Positions 1 to 10,213 of a DNA stretch of 64,000 nt are shown here, piece after piece. Each line of letters begins with the position of its first letter. The first letter of the stretch is position 1. The notes beneath the pieces were generated by a model. The model ran no database searches. It worked only from the letters and a program-made list of their open reading frames with translations, and was not told where the DNA came from. Source of the stretch: Alphaproteobacteria bacterium (GTDB lineage: Bacteria > Pseudomonadota > Alphaproteobacteria > MPNO01); NCBI GenBank assembly GCA_965248835.1, contig CBDFLJ010000001.1, forward strand, positions 1-64,000, given 5' to 3'. The translations under genes and the position numbers were made by a program.

Positions 1-589
1 CGCCCCGCGCGCCTTGCGGGCCACCGTTATGTGATGCATCAGGTTGGACCTGGGTGTGCACGGGGTTCGATCCCCAGATCACGATCAGGTCGCTTTCGGC
101 GATCTCGCACGCATCGGGTCCGTACTTGGCGCCGACGCCGGCGCGCCAGCCCGCGTCGGTCAGCGAGGAGCAGATGGTCTTGAGCTGGCGCGAATAGCGC
201 TTGGCGTGGCGCAGCCGGTTGATCCCGTCGCGTTGGACCAGCCCCATCGTGCCGGCGTAGTAGTAGGGCCAGACCGCCTCGCTGCCGTGCTTGGCCTCGG
301 CGGCAAGCAAGGCCTCGGCCACGCGATCGAGCGCCTCGTCCCAGCCGATCTCGACAAACTGGCCGGAGCCTTTGGACCCCGTCCGGCGCAGCGGTCGGGT
401 CAGGCGATCGGGGTGATGAACCCGTTCGGCGTAGCGCGCGACCTTGGCGCAGACCACGCCCGCGGTATAGCGGTTGCCTTCCGCGCCGCGCACCACGCCG
501 ATCCGATCGGGCGCCAGCCGCTCGATGTCCAGCGCGCACGCGCTCGGGCAATCATGCGGGCAAACCGAATAGGCGACGTCCAGGGGCAC
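1..589 (-). CDS. Molybdopterin-dependent oxidoreductase (DMSO reductase/formate dehydrogenase-like superfamily), N-terminal part, runs off the window; apparent 1-nt frameshift near 46-47
   Basis: Not in ORF track. GTG at 589 reads VPLDVAYSVCPHDCPSACAL...CAKVARYAERVHHPDRLTRPLRRTG...WDEALD...IVIWGSNP: Fe4S4 N-terminal motif plus MopB motifs. Confidence 0.85.
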   Translation of the reverse strand, partial: MPLDVAYSVCPHDCPSACALDIERLAPDRIGVVRGAEGNRYTAGVVCAKVARYAERVHHPDRLTRPLRRTGSKGSGQFVEIGWDEALDRVAEALLAAEAKHGSEAVWPYYYAGTMGLVQRDGINRLRHAKRYSRQLKTICSSLTDAGWRAGVGAKYGPDACEIAESDLIVIWGSNPVHTQVQPDASHNGGPQGARG

Positions 590-705
590 GACTGCAGGCT
601 CATCCTTTTGAAAAACGGGCCATTTCACCTGCCGGCGAGTATAGAGCGGACGGCGCCGCCGGACAATCTCTTCTCCCTGTCATCAGGAGCGCCGGTGCGG
701 GCCGT

Positions 706-1710
706 TCAATTCTTGTGGATCTTGCCGTGCGGGACGAAGGCGTGGAAGACGAAGGCGAAGGTCAGATCGTGGACCGCGTCGACCCATTTGCCGTCCTTGC
801 GCCGCTGGACGACCAGATTGCCGATGTCGCGGCCCTCGGCAATGGTGCCGTGATCGAGCGCGGAGTTCCGGCCGGTCGTCCAGCTCAGGCGCAGATCGCC
901 CGCGTTCAGGCCGCCGCGCTGCCTGATCAGGTCCAGCGGCCAGGCCTCGGCGCCCACCTTGACCACGTAGGCCATCGGCGCGATGCCTTCGGGATAGCCG
1001 CCGCGGTAGAGGAACGGCCGCGCGGCGGTGTCGTAGCGCTGATAGGGGTTGGTCCCGTAAGGGCGGAAGCGCGCGTTGTCGGGGACCAGGATGCGGCCGC
1101 CGCGGTGGCGCTTCCCGAACAGCGCAAAGGACTCGACCCGGGCGGGCAGCATCTCGAGCACCTTGCCGTTCATCTCGCCGACGATGCCGGTCCCGGTGAA
1201 CTGTTGCCACCAGCTCTCGGTCTGACGGTCGTACATCACCAGATCGCTGTTGCGCAGCTTACCGGTGGTGCCGAAGTCGAGCACGCGGCCGTCCACTCGC
1301 CGGTCGAAGACGATGGCCGAGTTGCACAGCGGGCAATAGGTCACCGACACCGGCACGCCGCCGACGGTGTCGTTGACGATCTCGTGCCAGATCAGGATAC
1401 GCAGCGGGTAGGCGCGGGCATCGCCATGGAGGCTCAGGCTGACCACCGGCTCGGTCGCGGCCAGATTGTCCACATCCGCGATTGCGGCGAATTTGGGGTC
1501 GTCGATCGCGGGGATACCGTCCTTGGGCGGTCCGCCGGACATGATATCGGAGAATGCCACCGAGTGCCTGGAGAAGTCGGTGTTCGGCCAGGCGTGTCTC
1601 CAAACGTCCGGGTTGGCGGCCGCGGTGCCCATCCACAGGGCGAGCGCGAACGATGCGGCCATCGTCCGGCCGAGGGCCTCGGCGGGGCGCAAACGTCCGT
1701 GGGCTGCCAT
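706..1710 (-). CDS. DUF3179 domain-containing exported protein
   Basis: Signal-peptide-like N-terminus; motifs SGGPPKDGIPAID, HEIVND, TYCPLCNS, YDRQTESWWQQ, FAFVFHAF. Start uncertain (1710 or 1662). Confidence 0.8.
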   Translation of the reverse strand: MAAHGRLRPAEALGRTMAASFALALWMGTAAANPDVWRHAWPNTDFSRHSVAFSDIMSGGPPKDGIPAIDDPKFAAIADVDNLAATEPVVSLSLHGDARAYPLRILIWHEIVNDTVGGVPVSVTYCPLCNSAIVFDRRVDGRVLDFGTTGKLRNSDLVMYDRQTESWWQQFTGTGIVGEMNGKVLEMLPARVESFALFGKRHRGGRILVPDNARFRPYGTNPYQRYDTAARPFLYRGGYPEGIAPMAYVVKVGAEAWPLDLIRQRGGLNAGDLRLSWTTGRNSALDHGTIAEGRDIGNLVVQRRKDGKWVDAVHDLTFAFVFHAFVPHGKIHKN

Positions 1711-1817
1711 GGGATGATCCTCCCGGTCGGGTGGCTTGAGGATAACGGACCGCCGTACCGGCGGCTGCAAGGAAGTTTTGCTCACTTTCGGGTGATCGGT
1801 TCCCTACAATCCCTGCC

Positions 1818-2765
1818 GTGTCACCGACCAGCCTTCTGCGGCGCATCGAGGCCGCCGTCCCGCCGCGCCCGCTCGCCTATATGCTGTGCACGGTGACGGC
1901 GCTGTGCTGGGCCGGGACGATCGTCGTCGGCCGCGCGGCGACGCCGGAGGCACCGCCGATGGCGCTCAATTTCTGGCGCTGGGTGATCGCGTTCCTGGCG
2001 ATCGTGCCGTTTACCGGCCCGGCGCTGATTGCCAAGCGCCGGGTGCTGATCGCTCATTGGCGGATCCTCACGCGGCTGGGCGTGCTCAACATGACGGCTT
2101 TCGGCGCGCTCTTGTTCCTCGGCATCGAGAACACCCAGGCAATCAACGGCTCGATCCTGCTGGCGACGATGACGATCAACATCGTCCTGGTCTCGTGGCT
2201 GTTCCTCGGCATCCGCGTTTCGGGCCTCCAGGTGATCGGCGTGGCGTTCGGCTTCATCGGCATCGTCCTGATGGTCGTGCGCGGCGATCTCGGCGCACTC
2301 TTGACCCTTCGGATCAACATCGGCGATCCGCTGATATGGGCGGGCACGCTCGCCTACGCTTTCTATTCGACGGGCGTTGCCCGCGCGCCCAGGGCGTTGA
2401 CGCCGAGCGAGCTGATGACGGCGCTGTGCCTGGTCGGCGCGCTCACCTGCCTGCCGCTGGTCGCTGTCGAATGGGCGGTGTTCGCCCGGCCGATGATATG
2501 GACCGTCGATTCGACGCTCGCGGTCCTGTTCCTCGGCCTGTTCCCCTCGGCGCTGGCCCAGACGCTGTGGGTCGCCGGCATCAACCGGATCGGTGCGACG
2601 ACGGCGGGCTATTTCTTCTACACCGTGCCGGTGTTCGGTGCGCTGATGGCGATCGGGTTCCTCGGCGAGGCGCTGCGCTGGTATCACATCGCCGGCATCG
2701 CGCTGGTCTTCGTCGGCGTCTACGCCGCGACCGCGCGGGCTTCGCGCACGGATCAGACGGGCTGA
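1818..2765 (+). CDS. DMT/EamA family permease
   Basis: About 10 hydrophobic helices in two EamA repeats, ends PVFGALMAIGFLGE. Confidence 0.9.
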   Translation: MSPTSLLRRIEAAVPPRPLAYMLCTVTALCWAGTIVVGRAATPEAPPMALNFWRWVIAFLAIVPFTGPALIAKRRVLIAHWRILTRLGVLNMTAFGALLFLGIENTQAINGSILLATMTINIVLVSWLFLGIRVSGLQVIGVAFGFIGIVLMVVRGDLGALLTLRINIGDPLIWAGTLAYAFYSTGVARAPRALTPSELMTALCLVGALTCLPLVAVEWAVFARPMIWTVDSTLAVLFLGLFPSALAQTLWVAGINRIGATTAGYFFYTVPVFGALMAIGFLGEALRWYHIAGIALVFVGVYAATARASRTDQTG

Positions 2766-3733
2766 GGCGCCCGGGTCTGCGCCGAGGTGACGATGGCTTC
2801 CAGCACGGCAACCGCGTGCACGATGTCGGCCGGCGGGATCGGGAAGGCCGGCCCGCCCTCGGCGGCGTGGGCGAACGCCTCCAGGCAGTCCCGCACCGTC
2901 TGGTAGCCGGGATAGTCGTAGCCGTCCCAGGTCCGGTGGTCACGGGTCCCGTCGGTGAACACGGCTTCGAACCGGTCGAGGAAGCCGATCTCGGCCCACC
3001 CGTAGGTGCCGATCACCCGGAGCTGGTAGAGCTGCGCGCTGGCCGCCACGGTGCCGAGATAGCCGGTGCAGCCGTTTTCGAAGTCAAGCAGGACAGAGGT
3101 CGAGTCATCGACCGCGAACGGCAGCGCCAGACGCTTGCTTTTCGCGCTCACCGCGCTCATGCGGCCGATCAGGTCGATGAACGCATCGACAACGTGGATG
3201 CCGAGCGAGGTCATGCCGCCGGCCGGGCTCTCCCTGGCATCGCTGCGCCAGGTCCCGCCGGCGCCCGTCAGGTTGGCGGTGAAATTGCCCTCGATGTGGA
3301 GCGGCGTGCCCAGCCGGCCGGCCTTGACCGTCTCGCGCAACGCGACCGTGTTGGGGGAGAAGCGCCGGTTGTGGCCGATCGCCAGCCTCACGCCCGCCGC
3401 CTCGGTCGCCGCAATCGCCCGGCGCGCCTGTGCCGCGGTCAAGGCCAGGGGCTTCTCGCAGAAGACGTGCTTGCCGGCCGCGGCAGCCGCGCAGATCTGA
3501 TCGCAGTGCAGCGTGTGGGGCGTTGCCAGCACCACCGCGTCGATCGCGGGATCGGCCAGCATCGCCGCATAGTCCTCACCCAGCGCGATCCCCTTGGCCG
3601 CGGCGTAGTCCGCCGCATTGGCAACCGTGCGGGTCACCCCCCGGGTGAACCGGATGGCATCGCTGGTGCCGTGAACGGAATCGACCAGGGTCTGGCCCCA
3701 GCGGCCGAGTCCGACGATGGCTGCGTTGATCAT
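2753..3733 (-). CDS. Gfo/Idh/MocA family NAD(P)-dependent oxidoreductase
   Basis: GLGRWG Rossmann motif, HVFCEKP, GHNRRF, GIHVVD. Confidence 0.92.
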   Translation of the reverse strand: MINAAIVGLGRWGQTLVDSVHGTSDAIRFTRGVTRTVANAADYAAAKGIALGEDYAAMLADPAIDAVVLATPHTLHCDQICAAAAAGKHVFCEKPLALTAAQARRAIAATEAAGVRLAIGHNRRFSPNTVALRETVKAGRLGTPLHIEGNFTANLTGAGGTWRSDARESPAGGMTSLGIHVVDAFIDLIGRMSAVSAKSKRLALPFAVDDSTSVLLDFENGCTGYLGTVAASAQLYQLRVIGTYGWAEIGFLDRFEAVFTDGTRDHRTWDGYDYPGYQTVRDCLEAFAHAAEGGPAFPIPPADIVHAVAVLEAIVTSAQTRAPQPV

Positions 3734-3745
3734 CGGGTCCGAGGC

Positions 3746-5266
3746 TCAGGCGCCGGTGGTCTCGCGCGGCACGAGCATGTCGTACCACGGCTTGTTCTCG
3801 CGCGTCTTGGCGTCATCGACGTGAAGCGCCTTGACCTCGGTATATTCGTTCAGCCCCTCCTCGCCGAACTCCCGGCCGATGCCGGACTGCTTGTAGCCGC
3901 CGAACGGCATGCGCTCGCTCAGCAGGTGCCAGTCGTTGACCCAGACCGTGCCTGTCCGCATACGCCCGGCGACCGCGCGGGCCCGGTCGATATCCTCGCT
4001 CCAGACGCCGCCGCCGAGCCCGAAGATCGAATCGTTGGCGATCGCCACCGCCTGGTCTTCGGTGTCGTATTTGAGCACGCACAAGACCGGGCCGAAGATC
4101 TCCTCCTGGGCGATCCGCATGTCGTTGGTGACGTTGGTGAACACGGTAGGCTTGATGAAACAGCCCTTGCCCAGTGCGCCTTCGGTCGCCCGCACGCCAC
4201 CGCAGACGAGCGTTGCGCCTTCCTTCCTGCCGATCTCGATATAGTCGAGCACCGTCTGCATGTGGCGCTCGGAGACGACCGGGCCGACCTTGGTCGCCGG
4301 ATCCAGCGGGTCGCCCATCGGCAGCGCCTCGAGCTTGGCGACCATCCGGGCGACGAAGTCGTCATGCTGCTGTTCGGGCAGCAGCAGTCGGGTGCCGGAC
4401 TCGCAGACCTGCCCCTGGTGATAGAACGAGGCGAAGATCGAGCCGTCGACGGCGATGTCCCAGTTGGCGTCGTTGAGAACGATGTTGGCCGACTTGCCGC
4501 CGCATTCGAGCGTGACCTTCTTCAGCGTGCCCGATGCCTTCGCCATGATGTCGCGGCCGACCTCGGTCGAGCCGGTGAAGGCGACCTTGTCGACGTCCGG
4601 GCTGGTGGTCAGCACCTCGCCGATCTTGCCGCCGGGGCCGGTGATGATGTTGACCACGCCGGGCGGGAAGCCGACTTCGTCGATAATCCGGGCCAGCTCC
4701 ATTGCGTTCAGCGGTGTGTCGGTCGCCGGCTTGAGCACGATCGTGTTGCCGGTCGCCAGCGCCGGTCCCAGCTTCCAGACCGCCATCAACAGCGGGAAGT
4801 TCCACGGGATGATCGAGGCGCACACCCCGATCGGCTCGCGGATGGTGTAATTGTAGGATCGCCCGGCGCGCGACATTCCCTCGATCTCGCGTGCCTCGGC
4901 GTTGTAGATCTTGGCCATCTCGGCGAAATAGGCCATCTGGCGCTGGGCGAGATAGGCATCGGCGCCGCACTTGGTGATCGTGCCGCCGGAGTCGCGGGAT
5001 TCGTTGGCGGCAAGCTCCTTCTGGCGCTCCTTCATGATCGCCGCGACCTTGCCGATCAGTTCCGAGCGCGCCTCGCCGCTCATGGACGGCCACGGACCCT
5101 CGTCGAAGGCCTTGCGCGCGGCGGCGATCGCCTTCCTGGCATCGTTCGCGCTCGCCACGGGGATGTTTGCGATCGCCTCGCCGTTGGCGGGGTTGCAGGT
5201 GGGCTGGGTGGCGCCGCCCTCCGCATCGACGAACTCGCCACCGATATAGAGCCGATAGGTCTCCAT
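3746..5266 (-). CDS. Aldehyde dehydrogenase family protein
   Basis: IIPWNFP, FTGSTEVG, LECGGKSA (catalytic Glu), GQVCES (catalytic Cys), EEIFGPV, PFGGYKQSG. Confidence 0.95.
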   Translation of the reverse strand: METYRLYIGGEFVDAEGGATQPTCNPANGEAIANIPVASANDARKAIAAARKAFDEGPWPSMSGEARSELIGKVAAIMKERQKELAANESRDSGGTITKCGADAYLAQRQMAYFAEMAKIYNAEAREIEGMSRAGRSYNYTIREPIGVCASIIPWNFPLLMAVWKLGPALATGNTIVLKPATDTPLNAMELARIIDEVGFPPGVVNIITGPGGKIGEVLTTSPDVDKVAFTGSTEVGRDIMAKASGTLKKVTLECGGKSANIVLNDANWDIAVDGSIFASFYHQGQVCESGTRLLLPEQQHDDFVARMVAKLEALPMGDPLDPATKVGPVVSERHMQTVLDYIEIGRKEGATLVCGGVRATEGALGKGCFIKPTVFTNVTNDMRIAQEEIFGPVLCVLKYDTEDQAVAIANDSIFGLGGGVWSEDIDRARAVAGRMRTGTVWVNDWHLLSERMPFGGYKQSGIGREFGEEGLNEYTEVKALHVDDAKTRENKPWYDMLVPRETTGA

Positions 5267-5398
5267 GTCTGCCCGTTCTCCCTGGATCTCGGTTTGCGCG
5301 GTGGCGGAGATATACCCAGTGCCGTACGGCCGGTCCATAGCGCGCGCGGGTCGGCGCTGCTAGGTTCGCGCGGATCGGGAAGAATGCGAGGAGTCGGC

Positions 5399-6235
5399 AT
5401 GGCACGCAGCACGACTGCGAAATCCAGGGCGCGGGCCAAGAAGGTCTACGAGAACATCATCGTCGCCCGGCGCAAGGGCGCGCTCGAGATCACCTTCAAC
5501 CGGCCGAGCGTGATGAACGCCATAAACGAGCCGATGGCCGACGATATCATGGACTCGATGGCCGAGGCCGAGATGGACCGCAAGGTGCTCGCAGTCATCT
5601 TCCAGGGCGACGAGCGCGCGTTCTGCGCCGGGGCCGATGTCAGCGGCTTCCGCGACCGGCCGCAGGACCGCTATGACAACTACCGGGCGCGCTACAACAC
5701 CAGGCGCAACCGGCTACTCTACAAGTACATGCAGGGCTACACCAAGCCGGTCATCTCGGCGGTCGAGGGCTATTGCCTGGGCGGCGGGTTCGAGCTTGCG
5801 ATGCTGGGCGATATCATCGTCGCCGGCGAGGCGGCCCGGATCGGACTGCCCGAGACCCGGCTGGGGCTCATCCCCGGCGCCGGCGGCACCCAGACCCTGA
5901 CGCGGCTGATCGGCCCGGCGCTGGCCAAGGAAATGATCTGGACCGCGCGGCGGCTGACGGCGGAGGAGGCCAAGGAGTTCCGCATCGTCAACCACGTCAC
6001 CCCCAAGGGCGGTGCGCTCGCCAAGGCGCGCGAGATCGTCGAGGCGATGTCGAAGAACGGCCCGCTCGCCATCATGATGGTCAAGCAGTCGATAAACCGC
6101 GGCATGGACATACCGCTGTCACTGGGCTTCCAGCAGGAAGCCGATCTCGCCTACATGCTGACCTGGTCGAACGACCGCGCCGAGGGGTTGAAAGCATTCG
6201 GCGAGCGCCGCCCGGCGAACTTCAAAGGGGAGTAG
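5399..6235 (+). CDS. Enoyl-CoA hydratase/isomerase (crotonase family)
   Basis: C-terminal part of ORF 1886..6235; AFCAGAD, GGGFEL, PETRLGLIPGAGG (both catalytic Glu present); GAGGAG RBS before ATG 5399. Confidence 0.93.
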   Translation: MARSTTAKSRARAKKVYENIIVARRKGALEITFNRPSVMNAINEPMADDIMDSMAEAEMDRKVLAVIFQGDERAFCAGADVSGFRDRPQDRYDNYRARYNTRRNRLLYKYMQGYTKPVISAVEGYCLGGGFELAMLGDIIVAGEAARIGLPETRLGLIPGAGGTQTLTRLIGPALAKEMIWTARRLTAEEAKEFRIVNHVTPKGGALAKAREIVEAMSKNGPLAIMMVKQSINRGMDIPLSLGFQQEADLAYMLTWSNDRAEGLKAFGERRPANFKGE

Positions 6236-6236
6236 G

Positions 6237-7418
6237 ATGAAAGGCAACTATCTGGCGAAGCGCGACGTCTGCATCGTCGCATTCGCCGAGACCAAGATCG
6301 ACCGGCGCACCGGGAAGTCGGCCTATGAGCTGGCCGCCGAAGTCGCCGAGGCACTTTACCGCCAGACCAAGATGGGTCCGTCGGACATCGATGGGGTGAC
6401 CTTCACCGTGCCGCTGAGCGAAGCGGGCAACCCGTTCTGGTCGAACTACGCGACCGACTATCTGGGGATCAGCGCGCGCTGGCTTCAGACCTCCGATATC
6501 GGCGGCGCCTCGGCGACCGGCAACGTCGCGCGCGCGGCGATGGCGATCCAGAACGGCTGGTGCGAAACGGTCATGATCCTCGGCTCGGACGCGCCGTCGA
6601 CCAATTGGCGCGCGAGCTACGGCTGCTACCGCAACGAGTTCTGGGACCCGGTCGGGATCCAGGGTCCGCCGGGCGCTTTCGGCCTCTTGATGAACCGCTA
6701 CATGGCCCAGCACGAGCTGGATTTCACCGGGCTGGGCGCGCTCGCGGTTGCCCAGCGCAACGGCGCGGTCGCCAATAGGAACGCCTATGAGAGCTTCCGC
6801 AAGAAGATCACCGTGGACGACTATTTGAACTCCCGCATGGTGTCGAGCCCGCTTCGGCTGCTCGACTCGGTGATGTTTTGCGACGGTGCCAACGGGCTGA
6901 TGATGATGAAGACCAGCCGGGCGCGCCGGCTCGGCTTCACCGACCGGGTCTACCCGGTGAGCTATTCGGAGATCTCGAACTTCAACGGCGCCGAGCAGAC
7001 GCCGGACATAACCAGGACCGGCCATTCCGTCGTCGGGCCCGAGGCGCTGAAGATGGCCGGGCTGAAGCCCAAGGACATCGACATGCTCCACCCCTATGAC
7101 GATTTCCTGATCGCGGTCATGCTCAAGCTCGAGCAGATGGGCTTCTGCAAGGAGGGGCGCGGCTCGCAGTTCCTGCGCGATACCGACATCGGACCCAAGG
7201 GCGCGCTGCCGATCAATACCGGCGGCGGGCAGATCGGCTGCGGCCAGCCGGGGCTTGCCGGCGGCGGCGTCAACCTGGTCGAGGCGGTCCGCCAGCTCAT
7301 GGGCCAGGCCGGAAGGCGCCAGGTGCCGAGCGCGCGCAACGCCTTGGTCACCGGGATCGGCGTCATCCCCTACGGCCGCAACTGGGGAACGAGTTCGGCG
7401 ATGGTTCTGGAGAACTGA
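6237..7418 (+). CDS. Thiolase-superfamily protein (SCP2/Ltp2-like, catalytic Cys absent)
   Basis: Thiolase-fold motifs SPLRLLDS..DGA, PYDDF, LPINTGGG; GGASA where canonical thiolases have the nucleophilic Cys. Confidence 0.88.
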   Translation: MKGNYLAKRDVCIVAFAETKIDRRTGKSAYELAAEVAEALYRQTKMGPSDIDGVTFTVPLSEAGNPFWSNYATDYLGISARWLQTSDIGGASATGNVARAAMAIQNGWCETVMILGSDAPSTNWRASYGCYRNEFWDPVGIQGPPGAFGLLMNRYMAQHELDFTGLGALAVAQRNGAVANRNAYESFRKKITVDDYLNSRMVSSPLRLLDSVMFCDGANGLMMMKTSRARRLGFTDRVYPVSYSEISNFNGAEQTPDITRTGHSVVGPEALKMAGLKPKDIDMLHPYDDFLIAVMLKLEQMGFCKEGRGSQFLRDTDIGPKGALPINTGGGQIGCGQPGLAGGGVNLVEAVRQLMGQAGRRQVPSARNALVTGIGVIPYGRNWGTSSAMVLEN

Positions 7419-7439
7419 AGGGTCAGGGGGGATTCTTCA

Positions 7440-7853
7440 ATGAACAACCAGACGCGGCCGCGCCCGGTCCCGCAGCCGACGCCGGCCACCCAGCCGTTCT
7501 GGGACGGCGCCAGGCAGAAGAAGCTGATGCTGCAATACGACCCGGTCTCGCGGCGCTACCAGTTCTGGCCGCGCGCATGCAGCGTGCGCACCGGCAGGCG
7601 GAACCTGCGCTGGCGGGAGGCCAAGGGAAGCGGCACGCTGTATTCGTTCACCCAGACCCATGTGCCGACCGCCGGCTTCGAGGGCAAGGCGCCCTATCTG
7701 ATCGGGCTGGTCGAGCTCGACGAGGGTGTGCGCATCGTCGCCAACCTGATCAACGTCGCCTCGGACCAGGTCGCGATCGGCATGCGGCTCACGCTTGCCT
7801 GGGAGCCGATCTCCGAGGACCTGAACTACTTCGCCTTCGAGCCCGCAGGGTAG
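7440..7853 (+). CDS. DUF35/ChsH2-like OB-fold protein (thiolase partner)
   Basis: PFWDGA..., GTLYSFT, PYLIGLVELDEGVRIVANL; immediately downstream of the thiolase. Confidence 0.9.
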   Translation: MNNQTRPRPVPQPTPATQPFWDGARQKKLMLQYDPVSRRYQFWPRACSVRTGRRNLRWREAKGSGTLYSFTQTHVPTAGFEGKAPYLIGLVELDEGVRIVANLINVASDQVAIGMRLTLAWEPISEDLNYFAFEPAG

Positions 7854-10213
7854 GCATTCGGGCCGGCATCCGGGCGGGCGGCGCCGGCCTCGCGGATCGC
7901 GCGCCAGATGCGTTCCGGCGTCGCCGGCATCGGGATATGGGTGATGCCCCAGGGCGATAGCGCATCGACGACCGCGTTGACGATGGCCGCCGGTGCGCCG
8001 ACGTTCCCCGCCTCGCTGCCGCCTTTGGTGCCGAGTTCGTTGGTGGCGGTCGCAACCAGCGCGACCTCGGCGATGATGTCGGGCATGATGTCGGCACGCG
8101 GCATGCCGTAGTCCATGAACGAGCCGGTCAGGAGCTGGCCGCTGTCGCGGTCGTAGACCATCTGCTCGACCAGCGCCTCGCCGAGGCCCTGCGCGACCGA
8201 GCCGTGCACCTGCCCGTGGAGGGTGAGCGGGTTGACCACCACACCGACATCGTCGACCGCGCACAGGCGTTCCACGGTGATCGTGCCGGTCTCGGTGTCG
8301 ACCACGACCTCGCAGACCATGCAACCGTTGGGAAAGGTGTAAGACCCCTCGTGGGCGCCGACGCCGTCGAGCCCGACCCCGAACTCCGGCGGAATTCCGG
8401 CGCCGGCATAGGACATCCGCGCGACCTCACCGAAGGTGACGCTCCGGTCGGTGCCGGCGACATGGAAGACGCCGCCCTCGAATTCGATGTCGGCTTCGGA
8501 GACCTCGAGCATCCAGGCGCTCAACCGCCGACCCTTGGCAATGACGTCCTCGGCGGCCAGCTTGAGCGCCGACCCGCCGGTGCTCATGCTGCGCTGGGCG
8601 AAGGTCCCCCGGCCGAACAGGATCTTGTCGGTGTCGCCCTGGAAGAGGTGCACCTGTTCCATCGCCACACCGAGCCAGCCGGAGACCATCTGGGCGAACA
8701 TGGTCTCGTGGCCCTGCCCGGTCGACAGCGTGCCGACGTGGAGCGCGACCGAGCCCGTGCGGTCGACCCGGATCTCCATCCGTTCCGAGAACGTGCCGGC
8801 GCGTTGGCAATGCATGGCGAGCCCGATGCCCCGCCGCCGGCCGGCGCGTGCGCACGCGGCCCGGCGGCGTTCGAACCCCTGCCAGTCGGCGAGTGCGAGC
8901 GCCTGGTCCAAGACGCGTTCGAAATCTCCCGAATCGTAGACATAGCCGCCCGGCGTCCGGTACGGCATGGCCCGGGCAGGGATGAGATTGCGCCGGCGCA
9001 GCACGACCGGATCGATGCCCATCTCGCGTGCCGCGTTGTCGACCAGACGCTCGAGCACGAAGCTCGCCTCGGGCTTGGCCGAGCCGCGGTAGGGGCCGAG
9101 CTGCACGGTGTTGGTGAAGGCGGCACGAACGACCGCATGGATCAGCGGCACGTCGTAGGTGCCGGGATAGCTGATGGCTGCATTGCGCGGCGGAACGCCG
9201 GCCGAGATGCTGAGATAGGCGCCGAGATCGATGGTGACCGAGGTCCGGAACGCAAGGATTCGCCCGTCGCCGTCCAGCGCGAGCTCGGCCTCGGCGATCT
9301 GATGCCGCCCGTGCATGTCCGAGGCGAGACTCTCGCTCCGGTCCGCGGTCCATTTCACCGGCCGTGCGAGCTTGCCGGCGGCCCAGACGACCAGGGCCTC
9401 TTCCGGATAGATCTGGCCCTTCATGCCGAACCCGCCGCCAACATCGGGGGCGATCACCCTGAGGCGCGCGGCGGGAATGCCGAGCAGGTCGGAGATCGTG
9501 TCCTTCACTTCGTGCGGGCTTTGCGCGCTGGTGCAGAGCGTGCAGCGGCCATCGATCGGATCCGTATAGGCGAGCGCCGACCGCGGCTCGATGGCGTTGG
9601 CCGCGGCGCGCGGATAGTGAAAGGCGATCTTCGAGACATGGGCCGCCGCATCGAACCGCTCGCCGACCGCCCGGCGGTCGCCCGATTCGACCTGGAAGCC
9701 GAGATTGTCGGCGGCTTCGTCCCACACCCTTGGCGCGCCCGACGCCAGCGCATCGACCAGCGTCACTGCGGGCAGCGTCTCGTAGTCGACGGACAACAGC
9801 GCGCCCGCATCCCTTGCCTGATCCAGCGTCTGCGCGACGACGAGCGCGATCCGGTCGCCGACATGGCGCGCCTTGTCAGCGGCGAGGATCGGCTGTTTCG
9901 GGTGGTGGAACCGGCTGCCGGGGGCAGGATCGGGAAGCCACGCGCAGGCGAGTGCGCCGATCCCGTCGCGCGCGGCATCCTCCCCCGTCAGCACCGCCAG
10001 CACGCCGGGTGCGGCGAGTGCCGCGTCCTTGTCGATGCCGCGTATCCGCGCATGCGCGTGCGGCGAGCGCACGACGTGGGCGAACGCGATGCCGGGCGGC
10101 GCCAGATCGTCGACATAGCGCCCCGTCCCGGTGAGGAAGCGCCCGTCCTCGATGCGCCGCACCGGAGCACCCAGCGCGGTCACCGTGCCGCGGTGTGCCG
10201 CCGCGTCTTCCAT
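7826..10213 (-). CDS. Xanthine dehydrogenase family Mo-binding large subunit (CoxL/CutL-like)
   Basis: [54 protein letters not shown](A)TPERIW. Confidence 0.93.
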   Translation of the reverse strand: MEDAAAHRGTVTALGAPVRRIEDGRFLTGTGRYVDDLAPPGIAFAHVVRSPHAHARIRGIDKDAALAAPGVLAVLTGEDAARDGIGALACAWLPDPAPGSRFHHPKQPILAADKARHVGDRIALVVAQTLDQARDAGALLSVDYETLPAVTLVDALASGAPRVWDEAADNLGFQVESGDRRAVGERFDAAAHVSKIAFHYPRAAANAIEPRSALAYTDPIDGRCTLCTSAQSPHEVKDTISDLLGIPAARLRVIAPDVGGGFGMKGQIYPEEALVVWAAGKLARPVKWTADRSESLASDMHGRHQIAEAELALDGDGRILAFRTSVTIDLGAYLSISAGVPPRNAAISYPGTYDVPLIHAVVRAAFTNTVQLGPYRGSAKPEASFVLERLVDNAAREMGIDPVVLRRRNLIPARAMPYRTPGGYVYDSGDFERVLDQALALADWQGFERRRAACARAGRRRGIGLAMHCQRAGTFSERMEIRVDRTGSVALHVGTLSTGQGHETMFAQMVSGWLGVAMEQVHLFQGDTDKILFGRGTFAQRSMSTGGSALKLAAEDVIAKGRRLSAWMLEVSEADIEFEGGVFHVAGTDRSVTFGEVARMSYAGAGIPPEFGVGLDGVGAHEGSYTFPNGCMVCEVVVDTETGTITVERLCAVDDVGVVVNPLTLHGQVHGSVAQGLGEALVEQMVYDRDSGQLLTGSFMDYGMPRADIMPDIIAEVALVATATNELGTKGGSEAGNVGAPAAIVNAVVDALSPWGITHIPMPATPERIWRAIREAGAARPDAGPNAYPAGSKAK

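Noticed and set aside
706-1710. DUF3179 as a selenoprotein
   Set aside because: The redox-like motif is CPLC with ordinary Cys codons; no in-frame TGA.
1886-5398. N-terminal ~1170 aa of the 1449-aa ORF 1886..6235
   Set aside because: Off-frame/antisense shadow of the EamA, Gfo and ALDH genes in high-GC DNA; only 5399-6235 is a real crotonase.
7826-10213. Aerobic CO dehydrogenase (form I coxL)
   Set aside because: Lacks the AYRCSFR Cu-binding motif, and coxM/coxS/accessory genes are absent.
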